From Trueperaceae bacterium (GTDB taxonomy: Bacteria > Deinococcota > Deinococci > Deinococcales > Trueperaceae), in NCBI GenBank assembly GCA_040905465.1, contig JBBDRK010000049.1:160001-224000 (forward strand): 64,000 nt of DNA. The letters are read 5' to 3'. Positions 62,924-64,000 of the stretch are shown here, one piece after another. The position numbers and the translations under genes are program-made. Position 1 is the first letter of the stretch; each line of letters starts with the position of its first letter. Under the pieces are notes generated by a model, which did not search any database, was not told where the DNA came from, and worked only from the letters and a program-made list of their open reading frames with translations.

Positions 62924-63931
62924 CTAACGGGGAACCGGGAAGATTTCGTTCGTCCAACGTGAGACTATGCGATCACGCACCTCGGGGTCGCCGAACTGCT
63001 CGAAGTCGTAGTCGATCAGGTTGAGGCTGTCGAGGTCGGGTGAAGCCGGATGAACCGGAGTGTTCCGGTTCGACTGCACCTGATACGACTCGCCACTCTC
63101 GGCGGCGATGAGTTGCGCTTCCGGGGTGAGCGCCCACTCGATGAAACGGGTCGCGGCGTCGCGGTTCGGCGCGCCCTCTATCAGGCTGAGGCCGCCGATT
63201 TCGAAACCGGTCCCCTCACAGGGCGCGATGTTGGTGAGCGGAAAGCCCTGCTCGGCGAACTTCACCCCGTCGTGCAGGAACTGGATGGCGATGGCAACGT
63301 CGCCGCGTCCGGCCAACTGTCCCGGCGCGCTGCCAGAACGGGTGTACTGCTGGATGTTCTGGTGCAGTTCACCCAGGTACTCGAACGCCTCGTCCTCGCC
63401 CATTATCTGCACCAGGGTGGCGATGGTGGTGTACGAGGTGCCGGAGGAGTTCGGGTCGGACATCGCGATCAGGTCCTTGTAGGCGGGATTGGTGAGATCC
63501 TCCCAGCAGCGGGGCACGGGTGCACCCTCTTCCTCGAGCACGCCCTCGTTCACGACGAAGCCGATGGCGCCGGTATAGAGCGGGATGTAGGTCTCGCCCA
63601 CGGCGTTGGTCAGGCTCGGCAGCAGCTCGTCCCAGGCCGACGGTTTGTAGAACTCGGTGACACTTTCGTGGAACGCCACGAGGTGGGGGTCGCCGGTCCC
63701 GCCGAACCATACGTCGAAGACGGGGTTGGCGGCCTCGGCGCGCAACCGGGCGAGCGCCTCGCTGGAACTGAGTCGCACGAATTCCAGATCGATGCCGGTG
63801 GCCTGCTCGAAGGCTGGGCCGAGGGCCTCACACCAGGCGAGGTCGGGGCTGCACAGCACGTTCACGCGTTGGGCGAACGCGCTGCCTGCCAACACCAGGA
63901 ATAGCGCCAGAACGAGGGACAAGCGTTTCAT
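62924..63931 (-). CDS. ABC substrate-binding protein, AfuA-like (sugar phosphate)
   Basis: Signal peptide; DVWFGGTGDP, DPNSSGT, QYTRSG, FLHD, PCEGTGFEIGG. Confidence 0.88.
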   Translation of the reverse strand: MKRLSLVLALFLVLAGSAFAQRVNVLCSPDLAWCEALGPAFEQATGIDLEFVRLSSSEALARLRAEAANPVFDVWFGGTGDPHLVAFHESVTEFYKPSAWDELLPSLTNAVGETYIPLYTGAIGFVVNEGVLEEEGAPVPRCWEDLTNPAYKDLIAMSDPNSSGTSYTTIATLVQIMGEDEAFEYLGELHQNIQQYTRSGSAPGQLAGRGDVAIAIQFLHDGVKFAEQGFPLTNIAPCEGTGFEIGGLSLIEGAPNRDAATRFIEWALTPEAQLIAAESGESYQVQSNRNTPVHPASPDLDSLNLIDYDFEQFGDPEVRDRIVSRWTNEIFPVPR

Positions 63932-64000
63932 CGGTAACCTCCCAGGAGAGAAATGATGCCTGATGTCGAAGGATTGCTTGGTGGAGTCGAGTTGTAGTTA

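Noticed and set aside
59434-63931. Fe(III) or polyamine ABC transporter
   Set aside because: AfuA-like motifs and linkage to a phosphatase and iol genes argue for a sugar phosphate.

Overview
High-GC chromosomal window, most likely from Deinococcota (Trueperaceae-like). The evidence is a Thermus Hera-type DEAD-box helicase and several leaderless-type -10/start arrangements. There are five blocks. (1) 0.4-19.6 kb is a periplasmic quinoprotein locus with two parallel modules, each [COG4315-cytochrome c fusion, PQQ dehydrogenase, hairpin, MoxJ/XoxJ-LivK double binding-protein fusion]. The modules flank a MoxR-DUF58-vWA chaperone set, and the locus ends in a secreted, very acidic multi-EF-hand protein. 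The second dehydrogenase has the full XoxF-type lanthanide ligand set, so this is the best candidate for an undescribed lanthanide-dependent system. (2) 19.8-21.7 kb holds a metallophosphoesterase and a CinA-like/nucleotidyltransferase fusion. (3) 21.9-26.2 kb is a three-gene chaperone-usher-like pilus operon of an uncharacterised type. (4) 26.3-48.1 kb is a large amino-sugar/peptidoglycan recycling cluster (nagA, SIS deaminase, nanE, kinase, murQ, GntR, anmK, nagZ, two AmiE-like hydrolases, two ATPase-less Opp-type ABC systems) with phased 11-bp direct-repeat operator candidates. (5) After the helicase and a PAS-LuxR regulator, 51.3-63.9 kb is a myo-inositol catabolic operon headed by an AfuABC-like sugar-phosphate transporter and a HAD phosphatase. 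No rRNA, tRNA, CRISPR array or mobile element was recognised. All calls come from reading motifs by eye; no database searches were run.
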